DNA of 64,000 bases, taken from positions 4,464,001 to 4,528,000 of the forward strand of contig CM022679.1 of the NCBI GenBank assembly GCA_012295275.1, given 5' to 3'. The DNA comes from Chrysomallon squamiferum. Its lineage: Eukaryota > Animalia > Mollusca. The position numbers were made by a program, and so were the translations under genes. The notes under the pieces were generated by a model. That model was not told where the DNA came from and did not search any database. It saw only the letters and a program-made list of their open reading frames with translations. Shown piece by piece: positions 29,488-44,616 of this stretch. How positions within the stretch are numbered: the first letter of the stretch is position 1; each line of letters opens with the position of its first letter.

Positions 29488-30173
29488 ATTTCTTTCTTAC
29501 ATAAAACACCACAATACCACTGTTAAACTGTAAAACTTTCATATATAAATAAATGTCACAAGCTGTTATTTTAACTATAAAAGACTTATCTTTCGACTGC
29601 GTCCATTCGGGAATTGTCTCTGTGATAATACTACTACTTAGTCGTCTGTTTGACCCGCACGTGATAACCAATCACACTTTGAAATCTCTGAAGAGCATGA
29701 ACGGTTTAAGAGAGAGATAAATGAGTACGATAATACAGTTCACGTACGTACAAATGTGTGACGTATAGGCGAGATGAACACAAAGTTCTTTAGTCGATGA
29801 TGTGTACTAATGTGTTAGTGTTCATAGAAAATATCGACAGTGAATGTGTGCAGATCGTAGACAGTGTCGACACGAAATACGTAATGTCGATAATGTGTAC
29901 GTTTCATAGACAGAACCGAGTGAATACGTATTGTGTAATTAATATGTAAAGTTCAAAGGTTGTGTAGATATTTAATATGTATTTGGGAAATGTATCCACT
30001 GAATAGTTAATATCTTTGATGTGCATATAATGTGTACTATATATGTAATGTGGATAATATGAAAGCAATATCAAAAGTTGTTTTATTTTATTTTATTTTA
30101 ATTTATTATTTTATTTTATTTATTTATTTATTTATTTATTTACTTACTTATTCATTCATTCATTGTTGCTTGC

Positions 30174-30239
<66 letters not shown>

Positions 30240-30502
30240 CCTTTATTTTTTTTTTATTTTTTTTTTTTCTCAATCTTTCTCTTTTTAAATCTCTTTGTTT
30301 CTACACGACTGGCAGTATCAAAGTCAATTTGTTTTCACCCTTTCTCAATAAGCCGAGATAAAAATCTTCAAATCCTTCACAATATTTCCATCAATCACAC
30401 ACCACAAAAAAGAAAAAAATCAAAAAAATCAAAAAAATCTTAGTAACACAAAACCGCCAAAACATCATCTGTCTAAGTCTTCTTCACACTGCTTATATTT
30501 TA

Positions 30503-30571
<69 letters not shown>

Positions 30572-30609
30572 TTTATTTTTTATTTATTTATTTTATTTTA
30601 TTTTTTTAT

Positions 30610-30930
30610 CACGGTCACGTCGAACCTTGGTAAAAACTGATGTCAAAAATGTGGACGGCTGGGATGGAGGAGGAGGAGGAGGATGTGGTTTGGCGGGGGG
30701 GAACTGTGTGACGTATGAATCCGGCGACCGTAATTACAAACCCGTCCAGTTCCGTGACAGCGGATAATAATGTCATCGACACCAGGGGCAGAAGTCAGCG
30801 CTGAAACCGGCTTGGAGAACATTACCAGTGCGGTTAGCTATTGATCCGAGGAACGAGCCGGTTCCCCAAGGATCAGCCGTACAATTTATCGTCCGCACTA
30901 TGTCGGCCGGTCACCATGCTTGTTCAAGTG
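30610..30930. promoter_or_regulatory. Strongly GC-rich non-coding island
   Basis: Abrupt GC/CpG rise after AT microsatellites. Contains TAATTA, TGACAG and an aaccggct...agccggtt inverted pair (about 30805-30863). The frames I checked contain stops. Confidence 0.35.
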
Positions 30931-32044
30931 TGAAAAAAAAAAAAAATGTATATAATCTGTCAGGATTGAAAAGTCTTTAAACTTTTTAAACAAGTTCCAG
31001 AAATGAATGTGTAGATGAAGGAGGGTCGCCATTATGCAGTTATACTGGAGGGTTGGAATTTTGTTGACAGTGGGGTACTACTGTTTGACGAAAAATTTGG
31101 TTGTATGTTTAGAAGAGAATAGTTTATTTATTTTTGTGTTATAAGTGGATGAACATTCAGCAGTTACTTCGTTAAGGACAATTTTATAAAATTATACCAA
31201 ATACATCGCACTGAAAATAAATATACCTGTGTCATTAGCTACTTTTTTATTTTATTTTATTTATTTAGTTTATTAGTTGCACTAGCGGAACTAAAAGAGG
31301 TAGTAGTTGTTGTAGTGAGTGTAACTGAAAAATAAGTAACAGTAGTAGTCGTATTAATGATAGCTATCATGTAGTTGTTGTTGCCGTAGCAGTAGTAGAG
31401 ACTGTTGTTGTTGTAGTAGTTGTAATGTTAGTTGCTGTTATAGTATCAAAGGTCGTAGTAGCAGCAGCAGTAATAGTAGTAGCAGGTGTAGCGGTGGTTT
31501 TGACGGTGATAGTGGAGGCTGTAAAAAAAAATTTACTGATGTCACATTTTCTAAATTAAGAAATTATGACATCAGTAATTTAAAAAAAATATTTTTTTAT
31601 TTTTTTTTTTTTTTATTTCTTTTTTTATTAATAAAAAATCAAAAGCCAATAATAAGAAGAAGAAAAAACGTAACTAACTGCTTCTGGCTACGAACCGAAA
31701 AAACGAAAAAAAAAAAAAAAAAAAAACTGACTATAAATATTTTATAAGAGTGAGTTGTCACTAATGTTAGCGCATGTCAGGAAGTAATCTAAATCGATCG
31801 ATTTCCGGTCGACATATTGCTACTCAGATTTGCGAAGAACTGCACTTCCGTGTTTGAACGTGCAAACTACGACGGTGACGTACCCGGGGACAGAAATAAC
31901 ACCTCAACCCCACTTACATCAGCTGACATTTGGCGTGGTGTCCTTTTCAAACTGCTTTTCAAAGCATTTATTGATTGTGATATTAAAATAGTTATTCATT
32001 TCTTAATGGATTTTTTTTTCCCCCATTTATATCGTTTCTATCAC

Positions 32045-32083
<39 letters not shown>

Positions 32084-32363
32084 TCTGCTCGATTTATCTC
32101 TCTGTGTCTTTTATATGTCGGTGTGTACGTATGTAAGTTCTTTAGTTCTTCTGTTGAAATGTACGTTAAGTGGGTATTCAATACGATAATTGGTAAACTC
32201 TTTGCAAAGGTAGATCACCTACTGGTGACAACATGGAGATGAAGATAATTACATTGAATATTCTGTTTTATGTCTGCTCGGTAACATATATACAATGACA
32301 CGTAACCTTATTGCATCAGTCTTTTCTCACATTACCCAAGAAACTGGGACTCTCTGAAATCTC

Positions 32364-32662
32364 AATTAGCTTTAAACACGTAAACAAACTGAAAGGAAAC
32401 TAAACTGACCCATGTATCCAATTTGTCGTTGTTTCTTATTATATTATTAACCTTATTTTATTCGACATTGCCATGGCAACAGAGTGGAATCGTCACCTTT
32501 CCTTTCTTTGAAAATGTCACTGGACATTAATATCTTAATTCATTACACAAAGCTGATTTTAACTGAAGGAAAAAAAGTTTGTTCCCAGGGGACTCGTGCT
32601 GCAACTTTAATCAGATGTCTGTGAATGTCAGAAATTATATCTCACGGAAAATTACGATGTTA
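32364..32662 (+). repeat. Left arm of inverted repeat IR1 (partner 36009-36290)
   Basis: Reverse complement of 36009-36290 over about 280-300 bp. Includes a 69-nt exact block (32594-32662 vs 36009-36077) and a near-perfect RFX X-box-like palindrome ttgccatggcaac. Confidence 0.95.
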
Positions 32663-33540
32663 TTAAATTTTCCACTCGGACAAGCATCGCTATGTTTCGG
32701 ACTTAAAGAAAGTCTCAGAACCAAATATGAGTCTAATCTGTTTTCCACCAAAATATACACTCTCACATAAATAAATAAATAAAAATCATCAGAACAGATT
32801 TAAAATCTGCGATCAATATTCATCTTTCACGCGGAAGTTTTACGATATTTGCCATGAAAACATAACTGGAATTATATTACAACAGGAGAGACATTATTAT
32901 AAGTGTGTGTAAAATTATGTTTTCAGAGAATGCAGATAATATAGGGATCATGAAATTTTTATTTTTATTACTTTTTTTAAAATATCGTTACATAAAGCAG
33001 TGCTCTATGAAGACTGTATATGAAGTCTTTGGCTGTACGTAAGAAAGCATGTTTGTATGCATGTATGTATTTAGGTATATGTGTATATATGAATATATGA
33101 ATATATGAATGTATGAATGTATGGGTGGATTGATGGCTAAATGTATTTATATACGCATATGTATGAAGTATCAAGTGCTCTTACGTCGTCTAAAACGGGA
33201 TATACTACAGCTTTGTTTAGCTCCTAAACTGATCTCAGGATCTGTCAGGTTACTCCAGAAGAGAAACTCAGACTAATACTCTTCACATCACTCGCTGGTC
33301 TGTTCTCCTAATTTAATTGTGTTGTATCCAGTTTCACAACTTCCATTATCACGTTACCCACAAAAAGCTTTCTGATTAATGATAACAGTTATTTCCTACG
33401 ACAGTTTGTGCCGTATTAGACACGTCAGAAGCGAACGAGTGGATTCGAAATAAACAGTGACGTATATTTTCTGCTACAAGTCACTTGTAACCATCATAAA
33501 AAGTTAAAAAAAAATAATAATAAACAAATAAATAAATAAC

Positions 33541-33622
33541 AGAAGAAGAAGAAGAAGAAGAAGAAGAAGAAGAAGAAGAAGAAGAAGAAGAAGAAGGAGA
33601 AGAAGAAGAAAAAGAAGAAGAA
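33541..33622. repeat. (GAA)n microsatellite
   Basis: Directly visible. Confidence 0.97.
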
Positions 33623-33991
33623 ATTACCTGGGGTCTGTTTAATAAACGTAACCTCCAAATGGGGAAATTTGCTTAAATAAATTTTCAGCCGCATGGATCA
33701 AAGGGATTCCGTTCCTGATATGATCGTAAAGCTGAGATGTAATCTTTTCCATATACAAATATCCAAATTAAATAATTACGTTCGCTCTAAGCGTCGTCGA
33801 CCGTAATAAATGTGTTTCTAGACCTATGAGTTGCCGAACAGCCATAACTTTGTGGAAACGGAATGTAGTTATCTCAGCGTGAAGGAGTAAATCATAATTT
33901 ATGTGTGCGTACATCATATTTCTATTACATTACAGCAGAAGACGTTTTTTCTGCTAGCGTAAAATATCACTTTAATTTCTCTCTTTCGGTT

Positions 33992-34109
<118 letters not shown>

Positions 34110-35317
34110 CTATCTCTCTATCTCTTCTATGTATCTAGAGAGAGAGAGAGAGACAGACAGACAGAGATAGTTAAAAAAAAAAAAGTAGTCTGTATGTCTC
34201 TCTGAATATAATAGTACATTTCTGTCTGCATTAATTTTTTTTTTTTTTTAGTATTGGTATTAGTTCAAAACTAAATTATTTACTTATTTGGAAAAAAGAA
34301 GAAAGAAAGAAACGCGAAGAAATAAAACAGATCTGTCTTCTTGTTGTTGTTGTTGTTGTTTTGTTTTTCAAATGTTCTGCAATTCGTCCATTTTTCTTTA
34401 CGTGATTTGTACGTCTTAATTTGATCAGAACATTTAAGGTATCTAACGACTGATTTAAAAACTTAAATCGATTAAGTTTCTTTTGCTCAGTTTAGGTTTT
34501 ATGTTTTGATCGACACACTGTGGTTGAGTAATTACCAAGCCTTTGAAGCACATTATCACTCTATTTTTTTTTTAATTAAAGATGGAAGGGGAAAAAAAAA
34601 GCAAAGATAAAGAAAATCAACAAAACGAAAGAAAGACAAAAATAATCAAGAAAAGGTTGAAAGAAAATTAAATAAAGGAAGAATAAAATAAATAATCAGA
34701 CAGAAAGGAAGGAAAGAAGACAGAAAGAAAGAGAGATAAAGAGAATCAAGAAAAAAGAAAGAACGACAAAGAACGAAAAATGGTGGAAAAATGAAAAAAA
34801 AATATTAACAATTTAATGACTGATTAATTTAATGTTCAGTTAAAAACATTATTATGTTTTATATTCATTCATTTATTTATTTATTTATTTTAGTAGAAAC
34901 CAACTGCCAGTTCCTCATACTGAAATTGTCGATTCAACAATACATTTGTCTGTTCATCCATACAATCACAATACTGTCCAACTCATTCGTCTAATACAGT
35001 TACCTCTCTCTCTCTCTCTCTATCCATACCTCCGTCCATTCATCTGTATTTTACGTATTTTATTTTATTTAGTTTTTATTTTAATTAACAGCTATGCACT
35101 GCTTCCTTGAACGTTCTTAAACGGGTTAAAAATGGCGCCTAATCAACAGAATGTTTTAGTCACGATGAAATTTAAAAAATTAATTAATTTTGTTCAGGTC
35201 GCTATTGCATGGACGGATTAAGATCATAGGATACCGTAAAAAAAAAAAACCTATGAAAAAAGCTCAGTGGGTTGATAACTGGGAAAAAAACAACAACGAA
35301 ATATTGCTGGAAAACAC

Positions 35318-35331
35318 GCAGTAGAGGGCAG
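35318..35331 (+). promoter_or_regulatory. Candidate CTCF site
   Basis: gcagtagagggcag matches 13 of 14 positions of the CCASYAGRKGGCRS consensus. Confidence 0.3.
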
Positions 35332-35705
35332 ATCATTCACACCTGCTAATTTATTATTCTTCCATGGAAGCCTGTCAAAATTTTATTGCCTTAATAAAAC
35401 CGAAAAATGGACAATTTCGACAGATGGTCACGGATATTTATGCATTTTTTATGTTGCGACCATTTTTGTAATTAAATTTGATGCAGTGCAGAATGGAATT
35501 AACAAAAGTAATTATAATGATGACAGTGACGGTGATGTCAATAATAGTAATAATAATAATTATGAAACTTCCGAGTTATTTACTGTGGAAAGAGATGGGG
35601 AAAGAGAGTCGGAGATATGAATATTTGTGTATGTTTTAGTGCGCCTTTGTGTGTGTCTGCGTCGATGGGTGTATTTCTGTATGTGCGTGGTTTGATGGAT
35701 GGATG

Positions 35706-35838
<133 letters not shown>

Positions 35839-36008
35839 ATTATAATACTTTAACATTAAGTGCGTATAATTATTTCAGACATATTTAGGAATCGTTATTT
35901 CCGATCTTTTCCGAATACTGCACTGAAGGCTAAAAGTTACGATTTGCTTTATAAACTGACAGACAGACGAAGACCAGTCTTGTCCAGGCTGGACGCTGGA
36001 AGACGAAG

Positions 36009-36290
36009 TAACATCGTAATTTTCCGTGAGATATAATTTCTGACATTCACAGACATCTGATTAAAGTTGCAGCACGACTCCCCTGGGATACAAACTTTGT
36101 CTTCCGTTAAATCAGCTTTGTGTAATGAATTAAGATATTAATGTCCTGCGACATTATCAAAGAAAGGAAAGGTGACGATTCCACTCTGTTGCCATGGCAA
36201 TGTCGAACAAAATAAGGTTAATAATATAAAAAGAAACAACGACAAGGGGTTTAGTTTCCTTTCAGTTTGTTTACGTGTTTAAAGCTAATT
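36009..36290 (-). repeat. Right arm of inverted repeat IR1
   Basis: taacatcgtaattttccgtgag...ttacgtgtttaaagctaatt is the reverse complement of 32364-32662 with scattered substitutions and small indels. Confidence 0.95.
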
Positions 36291-36543
36291 AAAGTTTCGG
36301 CGATTGTGAAGTAACAAGAGAAATCAACAAAAAAAAAAAAAAATGATGTAATCATTTTATATATGACTATGTCAGGTGAAGATGTAAGACTTGGGACACA
36401 ATCAAAGAGAATACTAAATTTAATTCCGCACAGTTTACGTCCGGGTCTTCTAAAGTAGTAAATAATTTGCAAATACTTTTTTAAAAAGTCTTGTAGTTAA
36501 AGTTGTAGAATACACATCTCTATGTAAGATTACTGAAAGCATG

Positions 36544-36579
<36 letters not shown>

Positions 36580-36801
36580 TACACACACATATATACCAAC
36601 ATATAAACATATATTTATATACATACATACAAACATACATATATGCATCCATAGATACATACATACATACATACATACATACATACATACATACAAATAT
36701 ACATACGTCCACACACACACACTCACATACATGCATACACAGACACATAAATACATTACCATCACAATTATATGTCATTACTATTATCATTAGTAATTAT
36801 A

Positions 36802-36861
<60 letters not shown>

Positions 36862-37342
36862 GCTACAGCTATTACTATTACCACTACCACTATATACATC
36901 ACTACTTCTATTACTATTATTTCTATAGTAACTACTAAAACGTGTATTTTATTTTATTTTTTCCGGCTTGCTTCCAGTAATGGGAATGAAAGAATAATTT
37001 CTTTAAACAATAGAATTAATTTTAAATTTGAGACGCCAAAAGGAAAAATGTCATCAGGTTTGGATTCAGAATACAAAATTGATTCTTTGGAGGAATTAAA
37101 GAACTTCAGGTTGCAAAGATAATACGTTGAACAAATTATTTACTCATTAATAATGAATAGGTGGTAATTATATTCTCGTCCAAAAAATATCGAAAAGCTT
37201 TCTTTTTGTTCGTCGCCTAACTTTTTACTTCATTCACAGTCTCATACATACAGTGCCAGGTTGTTTGATCTGCGTAAATCCGCGGAGGTCGCGTTTTCAA
37301 TCATTCTCTGCATTGTGTTTTTGTCATGAGTGCTTGCGTATG

Positions 37343-37665
<323 letters not shown>

Positions 37666-38479
37666 ATCACATCACCACTATACCCTGCTATGCTTCTATT
37701 AATACTACTAAATTACTATTACTATTCCTATTAGTACGACTAGTTATTCTGATTCTGTTAATGTTGCTGTTATATGTTATATTACACTGTTACCATTATT
37801 AAAATTATGAACATATAATAATATTATGTGCATGGGTGTCTGTATGTTCTAGCGATTCAAGTTGAATTTTAGTCTTGATTTTTTTGGCTGTTTTCTCTGT
37901 GATCTTTTGTATGCAATCTTTCACATTTACTTCATTTAACATGTTGAATTAAATTTTAAAAGGTTTATAATAAATGTGCGTGTGTGCATTATGTACAAAT
38001 GTATTCACGGTTATAACCATCTTTGTTGCACTGTTTATTGATATGTCCATATTGTTGTGTATTGATTTCGTGTAACAGTTTTTCAAAAAAAAATTCTTGG
38101 TTGTTTTGTGGGATTTTTGTTGTTGTTGTTTGTTTTTGTTTAGATTTTTTTTTTTTTTTTTTTTTTTGTGTGGTGGTGTATGAGGGATGTTTCTTTTACT
38201 AGACTATTACAAATATTTAGACTGATTGTTTGTTTGTCTCTGCATGTTTAAGTTCAACACATCTGTTTGCTGCCGATATGTACATTGGCGTTTTTCTTTG
38301 AAGGAAATATTTTCAAAATCTGAAGTATTTTGATTAGCTGTGGGAAATGTTTTTCACTTTACAATTTTCTGAACACTGTTTCCACACGTTTTTCCATACT
38401 TTGTCGTTACTGCAGAAGATTCTACTGTTGTTGTTGCTTATTTTTTCACTGTTGCCGTAGTAAATACACTACATGAATG

Positions 38480-38614
38480 CAGTTCTTGTTTTAGTTGCTG
38501 TTTAATATACAAATACAGTTTTTGTTTTACTTGCTGTTTAATATACAAATACAGATTTTATTTTAGTTGCTGTTTAATATACAAATACAGTTCTTGTTTT
38601 AGTTGCTGTTTAAT
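38480..38614 (+). repeat. 36-bp tandem repeat, about 3.7 copies
   Basis: cagttcttgttttagttgctgtttaatatacaaata repeated. Confidence 0.92.
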
Positions 38615-41600
38615 TATGCCGTTATTGCCTTGGTTTCTACATATTCAAGTTTTCTGTTCTTGTCATTTTTAAGTATCTGACTTATAGCAAATACTAGTGA
38701 AGCTCTGAACGCCTAAGCAAATTTGTACTTAGAAAACAGACCGCAACCAAACGTGTAAGAGTGCTATGAAGGACTGAACATTAAAACACTGGTTTAAATA
38801 ATTAAAGAACTAACAGAGATATCACTTACATGGGGATACAGCAACTTTCAGCATCGAGGAAATAAACTAAAGTTCATGTCCCTCTTCTAGGAAATAAAAT
38901 TAATTTAAAAAAAAACAGTTCTACGGTTTAAACTTTAAACTGTAGTTTAAAAAACGACTCTCTGTAACTACAGACATGATTCTTATCAGTTACGTTATTT
39001 AAAGGTTCTGTCGTTGATTCGTGTTTAACGACTAAGTCGTTCATAACACTGTAATTACTGGCAGTGAGATTACTGCCCTGTTCGATGAATATATCTTCAG
39101 TAGCAGTAACAAAAACTATTTCTGATACCATCAGCGTCACAGTTACTACTACAATAACAACTGATAGTACTGCTTTCACTATTACTAATACTATTATTAT
39201 TATTTCTACAGCTGTTGAAACGTCTATTACCACAACGACAATGTTTACCATTGCTGCTGCTCTTTCTGTTGTTTACAGCTACTCCTACTACTACTACTAC
39301 AACTACTGCCATTTTTACTACAACTGAAATGACAATTATTTTCATCCTAATGTTAGTTCACCTTATTTTATCCATTATGTCGAGTTAAATAAACAGGAAT
39401 CACAAAATCTAGCAATGATATGAAAATATAATTAAATATTATCTATCTACTATTTTTTTTTTTACACACACACACACACACATTATTTTTAATGTAAACA
39501 AAGGACAATGAAAGAAGTAAAGATAAAAGAAAGAATGAAAAATAAGTATGAAACAAAGATAGAACAAAAGAGGAAAGGGATGAATCAAAGATCAGTTTCA
39601 TTATTGTATTGCATATTTAAATAATGCATATCAACAGCAGTGAGTGGGCAGTTTAAACTATCATTCACACACATAAAATTAATGTTGCAGTTGTTGCCAT
39701 GGCTTTTTTCGTTGCTGATGCTACTGCCATTGTTTGTTAGTGGTTATTTTTAAGTTTTGCGATGCTGTTGCTGGCATCGTTATGTGTCATTATCACCGGT
39801 CATTAAGTGCTGTTGTTCTAGTTGTGATCGTTGTCACTGTAGTAGTATTCGACTAAACATGTTAAGTATTGTAATGAAAATCATACCGTTGATGAAATGA
39901 TCAAACAATATCTGTAATAACACAGCAGAAGCCATACCTCCTGCAGTAAAACGTCTATTAAAAATGGATCAATTAATAAGTGACCGAATTAATCAGTCAG
40001 TCAGTCTGTCTGTAACTTGTTTCAAGTATAAAATGATTAATTTAATGGTTATCAGGTCCCGGACATATGGTTTGTATAAACAAGCTATCTCAGATGCGAA
40101 ATTCGTTGTTATCTCAACTTGGTCGGTTAATTAATAACAGGACGTAAACTTTTTAGGAAAGAGCTCTAAAATATAATTTTTTGGAAAACAGACTGAAAAG
40201 AAAAAAAAAAAAAAAAAAAAAAAAAAGAAGGAAAAGGAATTCAGTTGTGAATATTATGCTGAAGAGATCCAGCGATCCTTGATACCCCAGGCTATTACTG
40301 TTCTATTAATAATCCAGCTACAAAATGTTTCCACTGTTCAGCAAATAAAAAATAAAAAAAATCTCTCGACTTGTGAATGGACCTAATGAGGACGGAATAA
40401 GAAGTGAATATATTATGAATAAAAAGCATGATAAAATATTTAAACAAGTTCTATATACAGTCGCTTCTCAAATAAACCAATCTCTTTTTTTTTTCTTTTT
40501 TTTTTTTTTTTTTTTTCCTTTCTGAAACGGAAAAAAAAAAAAAACGAATCGTAGACATTACGTAAGATTATCATCCTTAGGTCTAATAAATAAACGTACT
40601 TACCAGCAGAAACATGTGATTTCCATTCTCCTAATCGTTTCAGTTCAACCTCTGCTTCAGTGCCGTAAACGTCCGTTCAGAAGAAGCCTGCCAAGCAATC
40701 CGAGGCTTTATGCAGCCGACTTTAAACCACGGTTTTTAAAATATAAAAAGATATACCAAAAAAAAAAAATTAACAGCCGATCGTTAAACAGATGCTTAAT
40801 TCATCGAAGCTGAAGACGTGTTAGTTTTTAGCGAACTGTTTTGCTGCTTGCACATGAGATCAAGTGTCTCGTTTATAACAATTTTCTGCACACTGATCGA
40901 TCCATGATGGAATGCACGAAATAATCGTCTTTGAAAGCGTCGCGTTGTAAACGGTAAAACTCTGCCCGTCTTTTAAGTTACGAGGTCGAGTTCTATTTCT
41001 TTTACTTCTTTTTCCTTTCTTTCCTTTTTCTTTTTTTTTTTTTTTTTTTTTGTAAAGTAAATAAAATGAAGGGGAGTATGACTGAAGTGAAGCAAATGAA
41101 GCACAAATTGCAGCTGTGCTGTCCTTTACATTCTTTGTCTATCACCTGTTTTTAAATTATTTTTTAAACTTGCTAGTGATGACGAATATACGAAAAATGG
41201 CCGAAGGGGAAATAAAAAAAAAAATAAATAAATTACGTTTGAATATACGTAGTAGAGCTGGCTTCACGTTGATAGACAAAATGACTTTCCTCAAAGAGAT
41301 TGTTTTTTTGTGGGTTTTTTTGAGTTTTTCTGTTTGTTTGTTGTTGTTTTTTAATATAAAAAAGATCAATGGATTTTCTTTTGAGAACAAAAATGGAATT
41401 TGTGAGTAGAAGAAAACATTACGAATTTTTTGAATAAGAAATTAAATTTAATTTTGTTTTTCTTGTTTTTAATTTATTCTTTTTATTATTATTATTATTA
41501 TTATTTTTTATTATTATTATTATGATTATTATTATTATTTATGGCGCACTTTTTAGTTTCTTTTTTGTTTTTTGAAGGTCGTTTTTTATTATTTATTTAT

Positions 41601-41775
41601 TTTATTTTATTTTGTTCTGTTATAAAAATATTACATTTTTATTTTTCGTTTATTCATATGTAAATTTTCTGTCTCAAACTTTATACGAAGGTTAATTTAT
41701 TTTTGAAGTGAAATATGAATTGAATTAATCTGTTTTTATTATTATTATTACCACCACTACTACTACTACTATTAC

Positions 41776-41846
<71 letters not shown>

Positions 41847-42113
41847 TTATTATTATTATTATGATTTTTTATTTTATTATTTTATTTTTATTATTAAAGT
41901 TGTTATTGATTTCTGTATGTATATTGTACACATTTGTTTAACTTATTTTGCTTTTTAATGCTTTTTTTTTTTTTTTCATATTAATTTATCTTTATGTTTA
42001 TCAAATTGTCTGGGGATTTTTCTGGGATTTTCTCTTATTGTTTCTCTTTATATATTACTCTTTTTCTCTTTGTTGTTGTTGTTGTTGTTGTTGTTTATTT
42101 ATTATTTTTATTA

Positions 42114-42151
<38 letters not shown>

Positions 42152-42153
42152 TT

Positions 42154-42184
<31 letters not shown>

Positions 42185-44099
42185 ACGCACAATCCTATAG
42201 GATAGATGCTAGAAAGAATACAAAGAAGAATTAAAATGGAATCAATTCTTTCTTTTACTTACTTACTATTATTTTTATATCTGATACTAAACGAACTAAA
42301 ACAAAAACAAAACAGAAAACACCCCGCCACACAGTTGTCTTCTATGAATAATATTTATAAGTGGAAACACGAAGAAAACATCGAAGCTTTAACCCGTTCA
42401 AGGCTACACACGTTTAGAATTCAACCGAAATCTTTTAGTCGTCAGATTCGCGTATTTTCGGAATGACTGAAAACTTTAAAGCTTGGCAAAGGCGAGGCAA
42501 ATTAGCGACCGTCGTGTCTGGTGTTGACGTCGTCCGAACTCGGTGTTTACACAGACAAGACGTTCTACGGTTTATTCCTGTTTCTATTTCCAGCGAGCTC
42601 GGGTTTTGGCAAATGGCACACCATCCTTGACCAGAGACTGATTGCGCTGGCATCACGTAACGAGTAAATCATTAGAACATCACACAGTCTGTCATCGCAC
42701 TTGTCTTCCTATTGCTTTTCGTGCTTAGTTCGCTCTGAAGAAGGAAGCAGAGGTTGGCGGCAGTTTTACGTTGTCGCTGTATAATGGGCTAGCAAATTGA
42801 AAATATGTTCTGTCCATTATCCTCTGCTTTAGGAATTGACAAGTATCAGATCAGCACGGAGACAAAACTTTTTTGTTTTTGTTTTTCATTTTTCTTGTCG
42901 ATACGTAAAAGATTCTTTTTAATTGCAGTGTGAAAATTTTGTTCTTCAGTTTTCCAGATTAAAGATGTATAAATGTGTGAGTGTGTGTGTACGTGGGCAT
43001 GTATGTGTATGTGTGTGTGCATGTGTTCTATAATTTTTCTCTTTAAATTTTCATCTCTCTTTCCATATTATCAGCGCACCTTCTCCTCGGCTCTGTCTTT
43101 CTGCTGTATCCCTCGCTTGACATCAGCGCTGTTTTCTCGGTCTTTCACTTTGCCACCCACGGAGTGTCTGAGTGATATTTATTTGTGATGTGAGTGAACG
43201 GCAGGCGGCGTAGACGTTGATGAAGATGACTATTAAGATTGCGTGCATCTCCGTGTATCTGATGTAAGTCGGAACATTAATGTCTACTTGATTATCGCTT
43301 TGTACTCTTCAAAATCTTTCTTTTTTTTACATCTTCTTCTAACAAAATAAATTGAAAAAAAAAAAATGATAGTTCCTTGTTGTCAGTGATTTTTCGTTGC
43401 TTGGTTCTGTATTATAATTATTTTGATGATTGTTGTTGTTGATTTTTTATAATTGTCGTCATCATCATCATCATTGCTGTTATTGTTATTTTTTTTCATC
43501 ATCATCATTATTGCTGATGTTATTGATGTTATTAATTTATTCCTCCTTATTCTCTGTTTCTCAGTAATTTGTTCAGTCTTCCTAAGCTTCTTCTTTTCTT
43601 TTTTTGTTTCCCCAGTTTGTTTTATTCTGCAGCTCCTATAACAATAATCACAGACAAGAAACAAAGAGAAACTTTAATCCGCTTCATTAGTCACACTGAA
43701 ATAATTCCCAGTCCACCCAGTGCTCGGTGATTACTGATTCAAAAGCCCTGAACTTTTCTTCATTATAGATAAAAATATGTAACTATGATAATACCTAATA
43801 GATAAGTACGGGAAAAAAAAAATTGGAGAAACCTACCGTTACAAAATTAATATTATATTTCACATTATATATGATACATATAAACAACGTGTTCTATGTT
43901 GCAATGTATATCTTTCACACAATCGTTTTGGAGACATCTTTTGTTGATATCATAATAACACCTACAGCATGATTGAATAATTAATTCAGTTTCAATATTT
44001 ATCATCGGTTAATCATTTCATGTTTCTTGATCCAGCAGGAGCCGGGTTATTAGTTAGAGAAATAAAAATGTATTTCACCTCATCAATTATTTCATTAAA

Positions 44100-44174
44100 A
44101 AAACCCACCTGTTCCGATATTCGAGCCTTACTTCTACCAAACATGACATCCGATAGCTTAACCACTAGGTAACC
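44100..44174 (-). mobile_element. Decayed tRNA-derived SINE head
   Basis: Minus strand reads ggttacctagtggttaagctatcgg...ggctcgaatatc, which has A-box/B-box-like spacing and resembles 748-815. Confidence 0.5.
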
Positions 44175-44616
44175 AAAACAGTTTTTTTAAACTTGTGCAT
44201 TACTCCAATCCCTACAGACTGATAACAGAAAAAAAGCTGGAAACCATAACAGCCTATGATTTCTAAATAATAAGCAAATTATATTTATGGGGAGTTCACC
44301 AATTAGGCTATGCCACTGTGATGCTTGATCTGAAAAGATTAAAGCCTACGGTTTTCAAATCTGTGGAAGTCTACGACCAGAACGTCGCTCTAAGATAAAG
44401 AGGGTGATTCTTATCAGGGACCTCTCCACGCTAGACTTAATTAATGAAAACTAATTCTTAGTCGTGATCAGAGAAGCAGGAAACGCTTACTGTGAAAAGT
44501 TTTACCTGATTTCAAAAACATGAGCTGTGTTTTTTATAGTCGGTCTCAGATGAAAATATTTTGTTTCTGAGACAAAAATAAATGACTGCGTTAGAAAGAA
44601 CGGTTCAAGTGTGCCC

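Noticed and set aside
30176-30239. ~60-nt poly(T) as a retrocopy tail
   Set aside because: There is no adjoining processed-gene or LINE body, and long T/A runs are common throughout the window.
38928-39345. Thr/Val-rich mucin-like ORFs
   Set aside because: They derive from degenerate (ACT/AAT) trinucleotide repeats and are open on both strands.
40595-40740. Minus-strand exon ending at the strong donor ctg|gtaagt (about 40603)
   Set aside because: All three upstream frames contain stops within about 100 nt. Isolated donors also occur at about 6271, 24052 and 45478 without coding support.
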